The position numbers and the translations under genes are program-made. Shown here one piece after another: positions 24,691 through 37,430 of a stretch of DNA of 64,000 nt. Location: the NCBI GenBank assembly GCA_030704615.1, contig CM060731.1, positions 43,710,001 through 43,774,000 of the forward strand, in the 5' to 3' direction. The notes beneath the pieces were generated by a model. The model saw only the letters and a list, made by a program, of their open reading frames with translations. It was not told the DNA's origin and did no database searches. The DNA is from Takakia lepidozioides (taxonomy: Eukaryota > Plantae > Bryophyta). Position 1 is the stretch's first letter, and each line of letters begins with the position of its first letter.

Positions 24691-27600
24691 TCATGAGAGC
24701 AGTTTTTCTACATTGTCCAACCCCCGCACGATATACTGGGCACACTGCATTCGCTGCCCAAGTGCAAACTTGAAAGTAAACCAGTCCTTCGTGAAAGGTG
24801 TTCCTCTCTCTGGCTTTGCAGTCTTGGAGATATTTGCTCTGACTTTTACCCACTCATAAAACACTTGAATGAATGATATGACGTAAAAGCCACACTCCCA
24901 GCTGAATGGTTGTTGGGGCACATCAGGCGCGTGGAACTGAAATGCTTGGACAATCTCATGCCACTCTGGTGAGTCCATCGAGTACCCTAAGCACTCAGCA
25001 TAAAGCTTCCGAATCCACCCTAGAACAAAGGGACATTTATGCGAGTCCCTGATAGAGTTCAGGTGAGTGTAACAGCCCTTGCGGAGGTCGATGATACAAA
25101 CACTCCAGTGCCCCCTGCAATGGTATCAAACAACATGGCGTCATTGCACAATCATGATGGGCGGACTCAGTAGACTGACACTCAGCAGACCGACCACTCA
25201 GCAGACTCAATCTTCAAACCTAGTCCACTGCACAAATATAGAGGTCAACTTAATGGCTCAGAGTCAAGACAACATTGCGAAACCAGACTATGACTCAGGA
25301 GACAGTCTCAGCAGACTCGGAAGAGTTCTTACTCGTCCCCAATTGGCACCAAAATGAAATCGCACTCTTTCAAGTCCTTGCCCAGTCGTTCAATGCTGAG
25401 GCAACCTTTCAAGACCTCCAGAAGGCTTTCACGTTGCCCCACCCCCAATGACTTCAACATCGTCCACATCGACGTTGGAAGAACAACAATAGTGTTGGTG
25501 AACGTATCCTCAACCGACTTCTCATAGAATCGACATCACAGCTTCAGGAGTCTATTTGTGCACTCCGACTCAACCTTCTGGAGCGCCTTTATGTCATCCG
25601 GCGACAGTCCGCATTCAAACCGTGGGTCCCCTTCAAAAAACATCAGCACGGAATTATCCGCCTTCACGTGCAGAGCATGTGCTTTGCCAAACCGAGCACC
25701 CATCCTGCACAGAGCAGACCATCCTTCGGGAAGCCTCATGTACTGAACAGACTGACGTCAACATGGTACCAAACACTGTACAGGCTGAACAATTCATCAG
25801 ACTGACAAGACTGACCACAACAGACAATGATGAAACCAGCAGCAGACTGACCACAACAGAGCGCAAAACACTTAACGACAAAGATAGACGAGTAGACTGA
25901 GCACAGTACTCACATGTGCTGCTCCAGGAAACGACCCACATCTTTGTCCATGTCCAAGGCCAGATTGCGGTTCTTGTTCATAAAGACGCCAGACTTTTTC
26001 TTCGCCGGTCTCTTGGTACTGGGACTCTCCTCGACCTCCTCAGCATGGTCCACGACAGTCCGCTTCTTGGCTTTGCCTCTCCCCTGGGAAGCAGGGACAG
26101 CTGTAGGCGGGCTGGATAGAGAAGACAAACGCAGCGCTGCCGCCCTACTTCGCAACAGAGGCTGGTCAGCAGGTTTGTTTACACTTGCTGGACCTGTCTT
26201 TGCAGCTTCGTGGGTCGCATGCGTAGAACTGACCCGCGCATCGGGGGCGTGCTCACCCCCACACCTTTCTTGGTTGTCGATCCCACGTTTGCAGCATGGG
26301 CGGAAGATGTCATGTCCTCAGAAGTAGACTGTCTGCCGACGGAGGGATGAACATCCTGTGAGGATACCGAGCAAAATGACGAATTAGCCCAATTTCACAA
26401 TGTGCTAAAACATAAACAACCGTGCTGAAAGAGGAAATGACACAACCTACCCAAAGGGTGAGGGAGCAGACTCCATGTAATCCAGCGCTATACCAGACGG
26501 TGTCTGCGCTGCATGTGGTTCCTTGTCAGTGTGTCTGCCAGCATGTTCAGTCTGTTGCTCAATGTGGGCAGTCTGCTCGGCCGCCGGTTCTTCGTCAGTC
26601 CTTTCGTCTGTGAACTGTGTAGTTTGCTGGCAACTCTGCGGTTCAGTCTCTTCCTCAATGTGGGCAATGTGCTCGGTGGCAGGTTGGTCGTCAGTCCTTC
26701 CCTCTGTGAAGTGTGCAGTGTGTTGGTCAGGCCGTGCAGTCTGAACTGTGCAGTCAGAGCTGAGCTGTGCAGTCTGCCGCTCCAAGCTATCCTGGTCAGT
26801 CCTTCCATCTGTGACCTGTGCAGTCTGCTGGTTAGTCTGCGGTTCAGTCTGCTCATCAATGAAGACAGTATGCTGCCCCGCCACGGGTTGCTCGGCAGTC
26901 CTTCTATGTGTCCATTGTTCAGTGTGCTGGTCAGTCTGGTGGACAGCCGGCTGGGTATTCGGATCTCCATGGACTTGGGAAACATCAAGAATATGTATGG
27001 AAGATCATCACGTAAGACTCATCTATGGCTTTCGCCACTGAGCGCACGAAAACGGGACTAAGCTGGAAGGTCATAGAAGGCAGGCCACGGGGAGCTGGAT
27101 AAGAATGCTTTACCGGTGACCTGATGACGTCGTCAGTGAATGTCCCTGGGGGAAAAGTGGACTCGGTCAAAACACTCATACTGGCAGATCCAAAAACATG
27201 TTGGTGGGAACGCAGCAGAAATTCGTCCACAGGGTCCCGGTGAGGCCAGTGCATCTGAGTCTGTTGCACAATCCAGGGAACAGACTGGCTGTTAGTCTCC
27301 TGGATAGTCTGCTCGGCCATCTGCTGAGTGGGTTTGCTAGTGTGCTGCACAGTCTGCTGAGGGGCAATCTGCTGGCTGGATTTGTCGGTCTGCTGCACGG
27401 TCTGCTGTACAGTCTGCTGAGGGACAGTCTGGTGGCCATGTTCGCTGGTCTGCTGCATAGTCGGCTGAGGGGCAGTCTGTTGGCCGGTCTGCTGCAAAGT
27501 CTGCAAAGTTCGCTGTCCGCTCAGTACTGTTTGCACATACTGAGTATGTGTGTGCGGGGCAGTCTGCTGGGAGTGATCCGGCCTATTACCCGGGACGGTC

Positions 27601-30227
27601 TGGTGCACATGCTCGGTCTCTAGCACTTGGGCAGTCTGCCCACATGTGTCGTGGGGAATATGTTGCTGGATATTCTTGTGGCCAGTTTGCTGGACAGTCT
27701 CCCGAACTCCTTGTAAAGCCAGGACAAGGTCCCTTGCACCTCTGGCAAAAGAGTCGAAAGCAGCCTACACTTGCTTGTCTCCCAGATCAACTCGCCCTGC
27801 AACACATGTTTATGCAAATGTGAACTTCTAAAAAAGTTGGCAAAAGAAATTGAGCTGAAATACGAAAGTTGCCCATAACATTTTACCTTCTAAGAGATTT
27901 CCGACGAGGCCAATGTCCTTGATTTGCCGGCACAGGCATGCTCCATCGAGATGAGCAATGGCGCCGATGCGGTCTTCAGTTGGGATCCCACACCACAGGA
28001 CTTTGAAGACATTGGGATTCTACAAAACAATGTCGAATACTGCTCGCTCCATCACCAATGCAAACCAGTGCAATGCGTCATCCACCACAAACTTCTGTGA
28101 ATGGTCTGTTCCATGGAGTAAGTCCATCCTCAAACTATGCAGATCCTTCATCAACTTGTTGTATGAGCGGAAATTGCCAAATTGCATCCATCTGTGTTGT
28201 AGGAAGGAAGTTGTCATGCGCTCAAAGTCCTCCTCAGTCAATCTGAACAAGTGCTTTCTTCGCACCCCAAAAGTTGGATGTGCCATAGGCATATGTCTGA
28301 GGTCTTCAGGCCGTGGGTCATCATGAGAATCAGCTGCACAAGTAGAGGCGGCGCATTTTGGTCGCTTGTGGCTTCAATGGCAACAGCAGAGGCGGCTTCT
28401 AGAACATGGTTGGCTTCCTCAATAGAAAACTCCATGGAATAATGAAAGGGTACAAATGACCACCGGCGGTCCGCAACAATCCGGTGGAGCTCATTATGCC
28501 AATCCAAATGGGGATTAATTTCTCCCATAAGCCGGGGAAGTGTGAGGTCTTCAGCTCCGGGTCGAATTACCGGTGATGGCGATCGCCAAACTGCAAAAAA
28601 CGTCGTACTATGTAAGAGAAAGGCAGTCTGCTGGTCCGCAGTCTATTGGATGACAGGACTTCCCATTGGCATGGGCTGCATGATGGGCTCTTGGAGAGGA
28701 GTCTGCAGGATGACAGGCTGCTCGTTGGGAGTCTGCTCTGTTGGAGTCTGCTGGATGACAGGCTGCTGAACGGGAGTCTGCTGGATGACGGCCTGTTGAA
28801 TGGGAGTCTGCTGGATGGCAGACTCGGCTGTCCCAGACGCATTCCCCCCCGACTCGTCTTGAATATGTAATGCCGCTATAGCAGCAGATGACCCAGGATA
28901 CTTCAATAATATGTACTCTCGCACGCGGTCCACTTCCGCACGCATTGCAGTCGCTTGTAAAGGAGCATCATTGCTAGGTATCCGCCAAGCCTGAATGGCC
29001 CTACGAATAGAAACACGTTCATCCTGGTACACGGCAGAGAACTTGGACGTCAGGAACATGGACGTGGACTCTATATTCACCTCATGCAGCGGATTGGACT
29101 CACAGACCAGCAGACTGTAACGTGCGTACGTAGGGTGGAGGCAACTAGTAGACTATACCAGTGGACTGGACCAGCGGACTGGACCAGCGGACTGGACCAG
29201 AGGACTGACAAACGAACTCAGTAAGTAATGCAGCGATAGAAAACAGACTAACTAACGAGCGGAGTGAGCCAGCGGAGTGAGGAGAGAACGCAGCGGACTG
29301 ACAGACTGAATAGGCAACGTGACCCCGATGATGGACTCAAACAGCACAGAGAACAGACTGGGCGGTCAGACTGACCATTACCTCTCTACTTCATCATCGT
29401 CATCTTCATCTTCAAAGCTGTTCAACCAGTTCTATTCCGCATGTCGGATGGATGTGCGTAGCAGACCTGACTGAGCAACTCTGTAGAAATAACGGAAGAA
29501 GTTTGGATCCCCAATTGGTAGGCACTCTGGTGGGAAAAACCCAAAATTCAACAAGGCGCAATGTGCCAGGGCAGACTGGCCCTTCAGTGCTCTGTTGAGT
29601 TTTTGGTTTTGACCCTAAACCGATGGCATGGGTCGCGATATTTGTGTGAGTCTGCTGCCGAGTCTAGTCAGGCAAGTCAATGTCCACTGGACTTGTCACC
29701 TCTTCCAGGCCCTAAGGAGATTCACTTTCAGTATCAGTACTGATGGTGTGGGTCTGCCGCCCAGGACGGGGTTCAGTCTGTTGCGTGGATTTGCCCTTGC
29801 CTCGCGAGCAGACCTTGCAGCCTTCTCTTTTTTTTGCCTCTCCTTTTTTTGGGCCCCATCACTCAGTTTATGTTTTCTGGGAGCGTCCGGCGTTCCCTGC
29901 ACTAGCAAATCCTCCATTGACGGGCCCACCAGAATGGACGCCATACCGTGCTCGCACTTCGTCTAATTCCAAAGTGCGGGGGTCAAGCACTGATCCGCGC
30001 AAGCGCATTGTGGCCTCTTTGACAATCGACATTTCTTTCAGTATCGGCCAAGACTTGAAATCTCGTGGAATCATTGCAACAGTCTCATTGCAACCCATGT
30101 CAACACAATGCCGATTTAGTTGGATTTTGTCCTTGATAACCTCTTCACAGAAGGGACATAAGAGCTTGTCATTCTGCCAATTCGAGTTTTTGGGCTTCCG
30201 GGCGCGGAGGTCTACAAGTGCTTCCAC
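24691..30227 (-). pseudogene. Multi-exon gene (or genes) ending in a Ulp1/C48 SUMO-protease domain, with Gln/Thr-rich repeats and unknown N-terminal domains
   Basis: DFILVPI, GHWSVCIIDL, LNSI, and VPQQPFSWECGFYVISF give the His/(Asp to Asn)/Gln/Cys arrangement of C48 peptidases; upstream ORF pieces on the same strand to 30227 include CPFC..HC. Exon linkage is inferred. Confidence 0.78.
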
Positions 30228-30635
30228 TATTTTATGATCAAACTCGTCTGGTGAGTACCAGTACCTTCACTCCTTCTTCAGTCTGGTTTGGTGCACAAAA
30301 TCTACCCAGTCCGCTCCACCCTTTTCACAAGCATCCTCCATCGCTGCAGAATGAACGAAGGTGCAAGGACAATGAGCGACAGATAAAAGTCCTACGAAAA
30401 GACTCACCCTAAGCAAGAAGAGGACACAAAATGGAATGGAAACCAGTTGCATATATTGGCAATTGTACCTAGTTTTAGAGATATATATATATTCAAAATG
30501 GGGCACGGTCTTTCTCGCATGTAATTTTTAATTTTTTAATATAACATCTAATTTCACATTGACATTCTACCAAGGTTCCATGTGGACATTAGCTCTTACA
30601 CACAGTTGCGATCGCGACTCAAGCAGGCTAATAAC

Positions 30636-30851
30636 GAGTGTTGGGCGGTTACCCACCTAGGCCCTGGATAACCGCCGGTTCCGGTTATGTGGAACCGGAC
30701 TGGAACCAGACCCGCCTGTGCGGAACCGGAACCGGAAATTGAGGATTGTGTGGGAACCGGAACTGGCGGTTCCAACTACGACCACATGTGTGGGAACCGG
30801 GGTTTGGGGACTCTAAAGCGGTTCCGGTTCCACCCGTGGGTCGTAGCCCTA
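30636..30851. mobile_element. hAT-type MITE remnant
   Basis: Starts AGTGTTGGGCGGTTA (as the TIR of the hAT at 52727), has many GGAACCGG motifs, ends CCCTA; no matching TSD. Confidence 0.55.
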
Positions 30852-31039
30852 AGTGTCTCTACAACTCATCCCGCTCGCTCTCTCTCGCATACATCTTGCT
30901 CGCTACTCCATCCAAGTAAGGTTTGTGTTCCGTGTCTCCATCTCCTACTTTATTTGTTTGATTTCTCTCTCGCTCTCATTTCATCTCCATCTCCCTTCTC
31001 TTTCCCTCTTAGGTTGATTGGTTTAATGTGTTGTTTGTT

Positions 31040-31880
31040 TCTTCTCAGTTTTTCGCACAAGAGGGGGCTGATCTCTCTTCTGCTGCTGTGGCAGATGGTG
31101 GACACAAAGGGAGGGAGTGTGAGCACCGCCAACCAGCCGTCACTTGTTGTGGGTGAGCATCCACCATGTTCTTTGTTTTTTTAGTTTTTTGGTTCAGCAG
31201 GGAGCTAATGGGCCCCATGCTCTTGTATTGTGGTAAGTGGCGCATTGGAGCGAGCAGGAGGGCCCGCGCCAACCTTCCCCGTCGTCAACCAGCCCCTTGT
31301 TGGTAAGCATCCACCACTTCTGGTTATTTTACTGTTTTTAGCTTTAGTTCACCATGAAGCTAAGCAGCCTCCTTCCTTTCTGCTATGGCATGTGGTGCAC
31401 AGGAGGTAGGGAGGACGAGTAAGGAGGGCCCCACCTGCAACTAGCCCCCCTTGGTCCATGGCAATCATTGATCATCATTTTATTTTATTTTATTATTTTT
31501 TTTCCCTGTTTTCTTTGATGATATACCAAGGGGATGATAGCCCCTTGCTCCACTATGGTAGATTTTACATTGGAGGGAGCACAAGCAAGGAGGGCCCCGC
31601 CAACCAGCCCACATTACCCACTGGTAAGCATCTTCCATTTCTTTATTTATTTTTAATTCTTGATACAATTGAGGGTTGATAAGGCAGCCCTTTTGGCTTC
31701 TGTTATGGCAGATTCTGCATGAGAGGGAGGGGGCCCAAGCAGGGAGGGACCTGCCAACCAGCCCCCATTACCCGCTTGTAACTCCCTTTCATTGATCTTT
31801 ATTTTTTTAGTTGTTTTAATTTCTGTTAAAAGAAGGGCTGATTAGCCCATTGCTCTTGTGCTACGGCTGATCGTGGATGG
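31040..31880 (+). repeat. Degenerate tandem array of roughly 150-bp units
   Basis: Recurring GGGCTGAT..CCC, GAGGGCCC..CCAACCAGCCC..GGTAAGCATC motifs followed by T-rich tracts. Confidence 0.65.
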
Positions 31881-32004
31881 AGGAAAAACACGTGGTTCGA
31901 TCTGGTCCGTTCAGGTGGAGGGAGCAGATCTGAAGGATTAAAACAAAAGAGATTTTATGTTATAGTAATGGACACTCTAGGAAAAAATTAATTAAAAACT
32001 TTAA

Positions 32005-32030
32005 CTAGGTGTCGGTGCTTAAATGCACCA
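32005..32030 (-). mobile_element. Helitron-like 3' terminus
   Basis: Minus strand: hairpin GGTGC-ATTTAA-GCACC, then GACAC, CTAG, T. Confidence 0.5.
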
Positions 32031-33739
32031 GTGGTGATTTATTATTATTTTTGAGAAAGGGATGGATGATAGCCGTCAAAACAAATGACGGATGGAGGGC
32101 GACGGGCTGTTATAAATCAGCCGACGAAATGGAGAATAGGGACAATCCAGTCTCTATCTCGCTCTTCCTCTCTCGCACTCTCTCTTTCCTTCATTCTCTC
32201 TCTCTCCTACTAGTCTCCCTTGTCAAGATTAGTTAGTTTAGTAGAACTAGAGGAAAAGCTTTTGTTCAAAGTGTGGCGCCTAGCATGGAGTTGAAAATAA
32301 TAGTAGGAACGACGGTACAACGTTCAGCTTATCCGATCTCAGTTGGTTGGTGAAGTCCAGTTGGTCGGAGAGTGTGAATCGCTCCCTCCCTCATTGTATT
32401 CTGGTGGAAGCGAATCCCGTTGATAATTAATATTTTTTTTTCCTTGTATCATAGACATCTAGATTTCCTTCAAATTATTTAAGTACATATTCCATCGTCA
32501 CTCTGATCTGAAATCTGAGCCAAAAAATGAGAGATCGAGAATAGACGAGCACGGAGTAGAGAGATGTGGAGGGCGAGAGAGCGAAGATGACGGCGAGCGT
32601 GAGTGCTAATAGAGTTTCTTACATACAAGTTGTCCTCAAGAATCAGGTCGGATTTAATTCTTCTAGTACCTTAACCGTAATCGTGGTGAAAGATCAGGTA
32701 GGCCAAGCGATTGGGATGCTCGTGTTTGTCAGAACGTCTGTTGAAATTCAGTCAGTCGTTTCTTTCAGTCTTCTCTTGCCAGGGGCTTGTGTGTGTGCAT
32801 AGTAAGGGCGAGGTTGAATTCTTTTGCCGCATGTATGTTTGTGTATATAGGTCTTAATGCTAATGTCGTAGAGCCAAAATCATCAGCGAGAAATGGAGTT
32901 CATCTTATGTTTTTCTACGTCTGGTGACTGATTTGCGTGCAGGGTCGAACCATGAAGTGCTTGTGAATCTTAGTATGATCAGATTTAGAATATTGTTGTA
33001 TATGTTCTCTGTACATTTTGTTCTCTCTTGCGTCTCGGTTGATCTGCATTCTTTTGGAGAAAGTAGTCGACTTCGTACTACTGGTGCGAGTTCAGCGGGT
33101 GTGAAAAAGACTTCTTACCTACATGTATTCGATTTTTTTAACTGTAGATTTCTAGTTTTATACAGCTTTCACAAAGTCGCGGGATCCTATATTCTTCGCC
33201 TCAGTTCTTGACACATGGTTCAGCCAGTGAGGGATAAAGAGAGGTTAATCTGCCTGCTCCATGACTCTTTTAAGGGAATTCTCTACTACGTGAAATTACG
33301 ACAAAGAGAAGATGACGGTGCCTACTATGCAAGAGTTATTTTATGGTAGGAATGAATCTACATGGATTGTAAACGATGCTTCCCTTCCACCTGCCATGAT
33401 CTCTCCCGCTGTAAAGGTTCCCTTCACAGTGATATATTGTGACATACCTTCCCCCTGGCCAGTAGGGGTGCAACTGTTAACATAACAATTTATTATCTGG
33501 TGTGACCCCTGGGGTTTGAAGAGACACCATAAAATGTGCTACCTTCAGACGTTATCTTGTTAAAGTAATTAACGCAATACTATACTTGAACACATGAACT
33601 TGGGATTAGTGGTTAGGGAAGTTATTTCCACCTCGTAAGGTTGAGGTTCAAATCCCTCTTCCTGCATCTCTATTTGTAGTTAGTTTTTTTTGTTTTCTCG
33701 TGTTTATTTTCATTGGATAGATCCTAGACATGAATATTC

Positions 33740-33766
33740 TAGCGACGACCGAAGGTCGAGAGCTAG
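33740..33766 (+). mobile_element. Helitron-like 3' terminus
   Basis: Hairpin CGACC-GAA-GGTCG, then AGAG, CTAG, T. Confidence 0.45.
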
Positions 33767-34679
33767 TTTAGCGTGGAGCGTGAATAGGGTGCCATAGTGC
33801 CACGTCATCGTCGTCATTTTACTTTGAGCTGCCCATATTGCCCGAAGTAATTCCCTCAACGGGCGTACCTGTCGGAGCACTTGGGGCGTGGGTATGTGTG
33901 TCTTCCTCTTAACAAACTACATTTCTAGCACAAGAACCTGAAAGACACAACTCACACGAGTTGTGTATAGACTTGCTGAAGTTTCGTTATGATCTAGGGA
34001 CACAGAGACTGCAAACGAATCTTCTCACATTCTTTTGACATTCAATCAATCTATTCTATCACTTTGATTCCGGACCATCTCTTTTCCCGGGTCGCTCGTC
34101 ACATAGGCTTCAGGCCACCCCCTTGGCACAGGTAATGGAGAATGTTGAGATGCAACTAGTTTTGTTTACATCGTTTCTATTGAAATGCCATCATTATTGA
34201 ATAGGTTTGGCGACCATTGGCGTGCAATCACCTGTTGTGTCGTTGGCTAGAGATATGATCCTTGATGGCAGCTTTCTTGATATATAATTAAAGATCTTAG
34301 TACTCGTTTACTCGGCCTAGGGTAAGCTCTCTTGAATTAATTCATTAGTCTGTTTCAATCTCTGCCTGCTTGAATGCACCGTGGTGATTCTCATAGATCG
34401 ATCTGACATTATCTGACTACAGACACAAGCAGCACACACAACAGTTTCTTGCCAGGCCGTGTTTCAATCTCTGCCTCCTGTTAGTACCATGATTTGGTAT
34501 TCTTCCTGATGTTTATAAGGTTCTTGCGAGAGTCAGCTTGGTCTTGGCAGGCCGTGTTTCAATCTCTGCCTGCTTAGAGATCCACGCTAACCTTGTTAAT
34601 ACTTGATTAGCGCTTACTGGAGTCTGCCCTTGCTGACATGCATGCCGAATGTGGGAGCATGAACTATGCATGTCAAGTT

Positions 34680-36590
34680 TCCAATATGGCAAAATGAAAT
34701 ATAGTCCCTTGGAGTTCAGTGATTGCAGGATGTGCTCTGCATGGGTGCAGCAGGGATGTTTTTGAGACCTATGAGCAAATGCAACATGAAGGGGTAAAGG
34801 TCGAACAGGGTCACGTTCATTTGTGTTCCAATGCATGTGCCAAATTTGGAGCCCTGGAAAAGGACAAGCGGGGTCCCTGCTGACTTTAGGAAACTGTGTG
34901 CACATTATATTAGCTTGGATACAATCAAGGCAAAAAGGTGAATGCCTGTTGGAAGCAGAAGAAAGTCAGCATAGGAACTATTTGTATGTAGTTTTGTGAG
35001 AATGAAGGGTGACAATCTGGCTTTTGTGCAGAACAGAGACACAGGTTTCTAGGGACTTATATTGATCCAAATGAGGAGGGGTATGGTGGGGGTAGTTTGT
35101 TGATAAATGCTTATGTTGATGTAGGCTAGTCAAGTTTAGTTGTGGTGGTGCTTTGGGCTTGTCCCATATTGGTAGAAGCATCAGTATTGACACATTGGTA
35201 GTACATATGCGGGTTCGGCTTACACATGAGTTAATGACGCAGACCTATGAGCAAATGATGGGGGAAGGGGTGAAGCCCAACCACATCACGTTTGTGTGTG
35301 TTTGCAATGCGTGTGCAAGCCTGGCAGCTCTGGAAAAGGGCAAAGAGGCCCACGGCGACATTGTCAGAGCTGGAATTGTACCTTGGGGGGTGCACCCCAG
35401 CCAACCTGTACTAGCCACGTGCGTGCATAGGAGGGGGTATTTTTAACCCCCACATGTACAACATTATACATATATAGGGGGTGTAAGCAACACCTTAAAT
35501 ATAAATCTACAACAAAGGGTTAGCATGTTTCGGAGGGTAGCGTAGTGGTAAAGGGTTACCATTGTCATGACTCTCATCGCGGGTTCAAATCTCACGGTGT
35601 CTTGAATTTTTCGAAAACTTCAAAAATATGTATATATCACAATGCAGATTTAAGCTTGAGACCACCTGCACACCACCACCATCTCCATACCACTAGGCTA
35701 GTCCACGATTCTTAAAACTAATGTAATGTTAAACAGTAATGTACAAGAAAGACAATTTGTTTTGTTTTGTATCATTGTTGAGATCTCCCAAACCGCGGGG
35801 CCCCAGCCCTGGTGTTTGATACCATTGGAAAGCCCTCGATGAGGAGGGGTGCACCGGCTTGGTCTCATAATTTTGGAACTTGCAGTGTGGGAGATACGAA
35901 ATTTCAAGTACTTTTCTCGCGAAAAATAGCAAAATGGGCTTTCTTTCAACAATTACTGGCCTTTCATTTGTTCTTTGTACAGGGGGAACTAAGTGTAAAT
36001 AATTGGGTTTTTTCTTTCAAATATGGCATGAACACAATATTCTTTGTAGGGTCCATGAGATCTCCCAAACCGCGGGGCTTCTAGCCATGATGTTGGTACC
36101 GTTGGAAAGCCCTCAATGAGTAGGGATGCACCGACTTGGTTTCATGAAATTTGGACCTACAGGCCGAGGTTTGTTTTTAAATGAATAGACTTGATATAAT
36201 AAAAGAAATACATATACATATTTGAGGATATTTTTTAATGATTGGAAAGGGAAATATACATACAATAGGGGGTACTTTTTTTAAATTACAAATTTCTATA
36301 TATTTACAGGAGGGGGTTTTATAACCTTCAAAATGTATGTATAGAGGGGGTATAAATGATCCAAGGACCCGTATACAGGGGGTTTTTTTATTAGGCGACG
36401 AACGCACGTGATACGGACATTTTATAAAGAGTGCACCCCCCAGGAATTGTACCCGATGTCATTCTGAACAATGCCCTCGTGGACATGTATGCCAAATGTT
36501 GGAGCATCGAGGATGCGAAGGCAGTGTTCAACAATATGGTTGAATGAAATGTGGTGTCGTGGAATGCGATGCTTGCAACATGCCTTGGGA
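34680..36590 (+). pseudogene. PLS-class PPR fragments interrupted by a MITE
   Basis: WSSVIAGCALHG; QTYEQMMGEGVKPNHITFVCVCNACASLAALEKGKEAHGDIVRAGIV|PDVILNNALVDMYAKCWSIEDAKAVFNNM reads across the insertion. Confidence 0.85.
35382..36444. mobile_element. Non-autonomous TIR element with 8-bp TSD, inserted in PPR coding sequence
   Basis: TIR CYTGGGGGGTGCAC at both ends; TSD AATTGTAC at 35374-35381 and 36445-36452; removal restores AGIVPDV. Confidence 0.9.
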
Positions 36591-36749
36591 ATTGATCTGC
36601 AATGCCCCAACCACATATAAATAAATCAGTCCCTGTTGTACTACAACATGAAGAGTTATAACTAAAAGTTATGAAGCTTTAAAGTAAGGTGATTGTCCAC
36701 AAGAGGTACGGGCTGGCTGTGAAGCCTTCTTGATATTTGTGCTCCCCTT

Positions 36750-37430
36750 TCGGAGTCCAAACTTTCACTATGAGAGGAGGAGCAAATCATCCCTCTGTTG
36801 TACCACACATTGGAAAAAATAAAATAAAAAACTAAGCTATTAAAGGGTGGGGGCTTACCATAGGATGAGAGGGCTGGTTAGTGGGCTCTCTACTCGCACT
36901 CCTCCTTCTTGTGTGTGATCTACATAGCAACAGAGTAGGGGGCTGATCAGCCCCTTGCTATGCCAATTTTTTGGAAAAAAAATAAAAATGCAACATTGAA
37001 TTAGGGGCATGCTTACATGTGCGGTGGAACGGGGGTTGGTTGGCATGCCTCCCTACTTGCCCTCTTTCCCTCCCATGCACGATCTGTACACGCGGGTAAT
37101 GGGGGCTGGTTGGCGGGTCAAGAGGCCTCATCCTTCCCGAGTGCAATATATCACTATGAGGAAGGACGAATCAGCCCTTTGTTGTACCACACATTGGAAA
37201 GAATAACATTAAAAAAACTAAGCTAAAGGGTGGGGGCTTACTACAAGATGAGAGGGGCTGGTTGATGTGCCTCTTTACTTGCACTGGACCTCCTTCTTTG
37301 TGATCTGCATAGCAGTGGCTAATCAACCATTGCTATACCAATTTTATGAAAATAAAATAAAATGAAGGGGGATGCTTACATGTGCGGTGCAAGAGGGGCT
37401 GGTTGGCAAGCCTTCCTACTTGCCCTCTTT
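36750..37430 (-). repeat. Degenerate tandem array, inverted relative of 31040-31880
   Basis: Reverse complement shows the same GGGGCTGATCAGCCC and CCAACCAGCCC..GGTAAGC motifs. Confidence 0.6.

Larger units (their letters stand above)
20379..30500. mobile_element. Large Mutator-like element: SWIM transposase plus convergent Ulp1-protease gene; right end not found
   Basis: Left TIR GGCCTCTCATTTTAAGATAATAGGGTC matches the MITE at 2031; two convergent multi-exon genes; internal AGTCYGCTG arrays. Right boundary approximate. Confidence 0.82.

Noticed and set aside
30480-30640. Right TIR of the large MULE
   Set aside because: No inverted match to the left TIR and no copy of the expected TSD; the end appears deleted.
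35532-35602. Functional tRNA gene
   Set aside because: A and B boxes are present, but there is no convincing acceptor stem or cloverleaf, and it lies inside a MITE.
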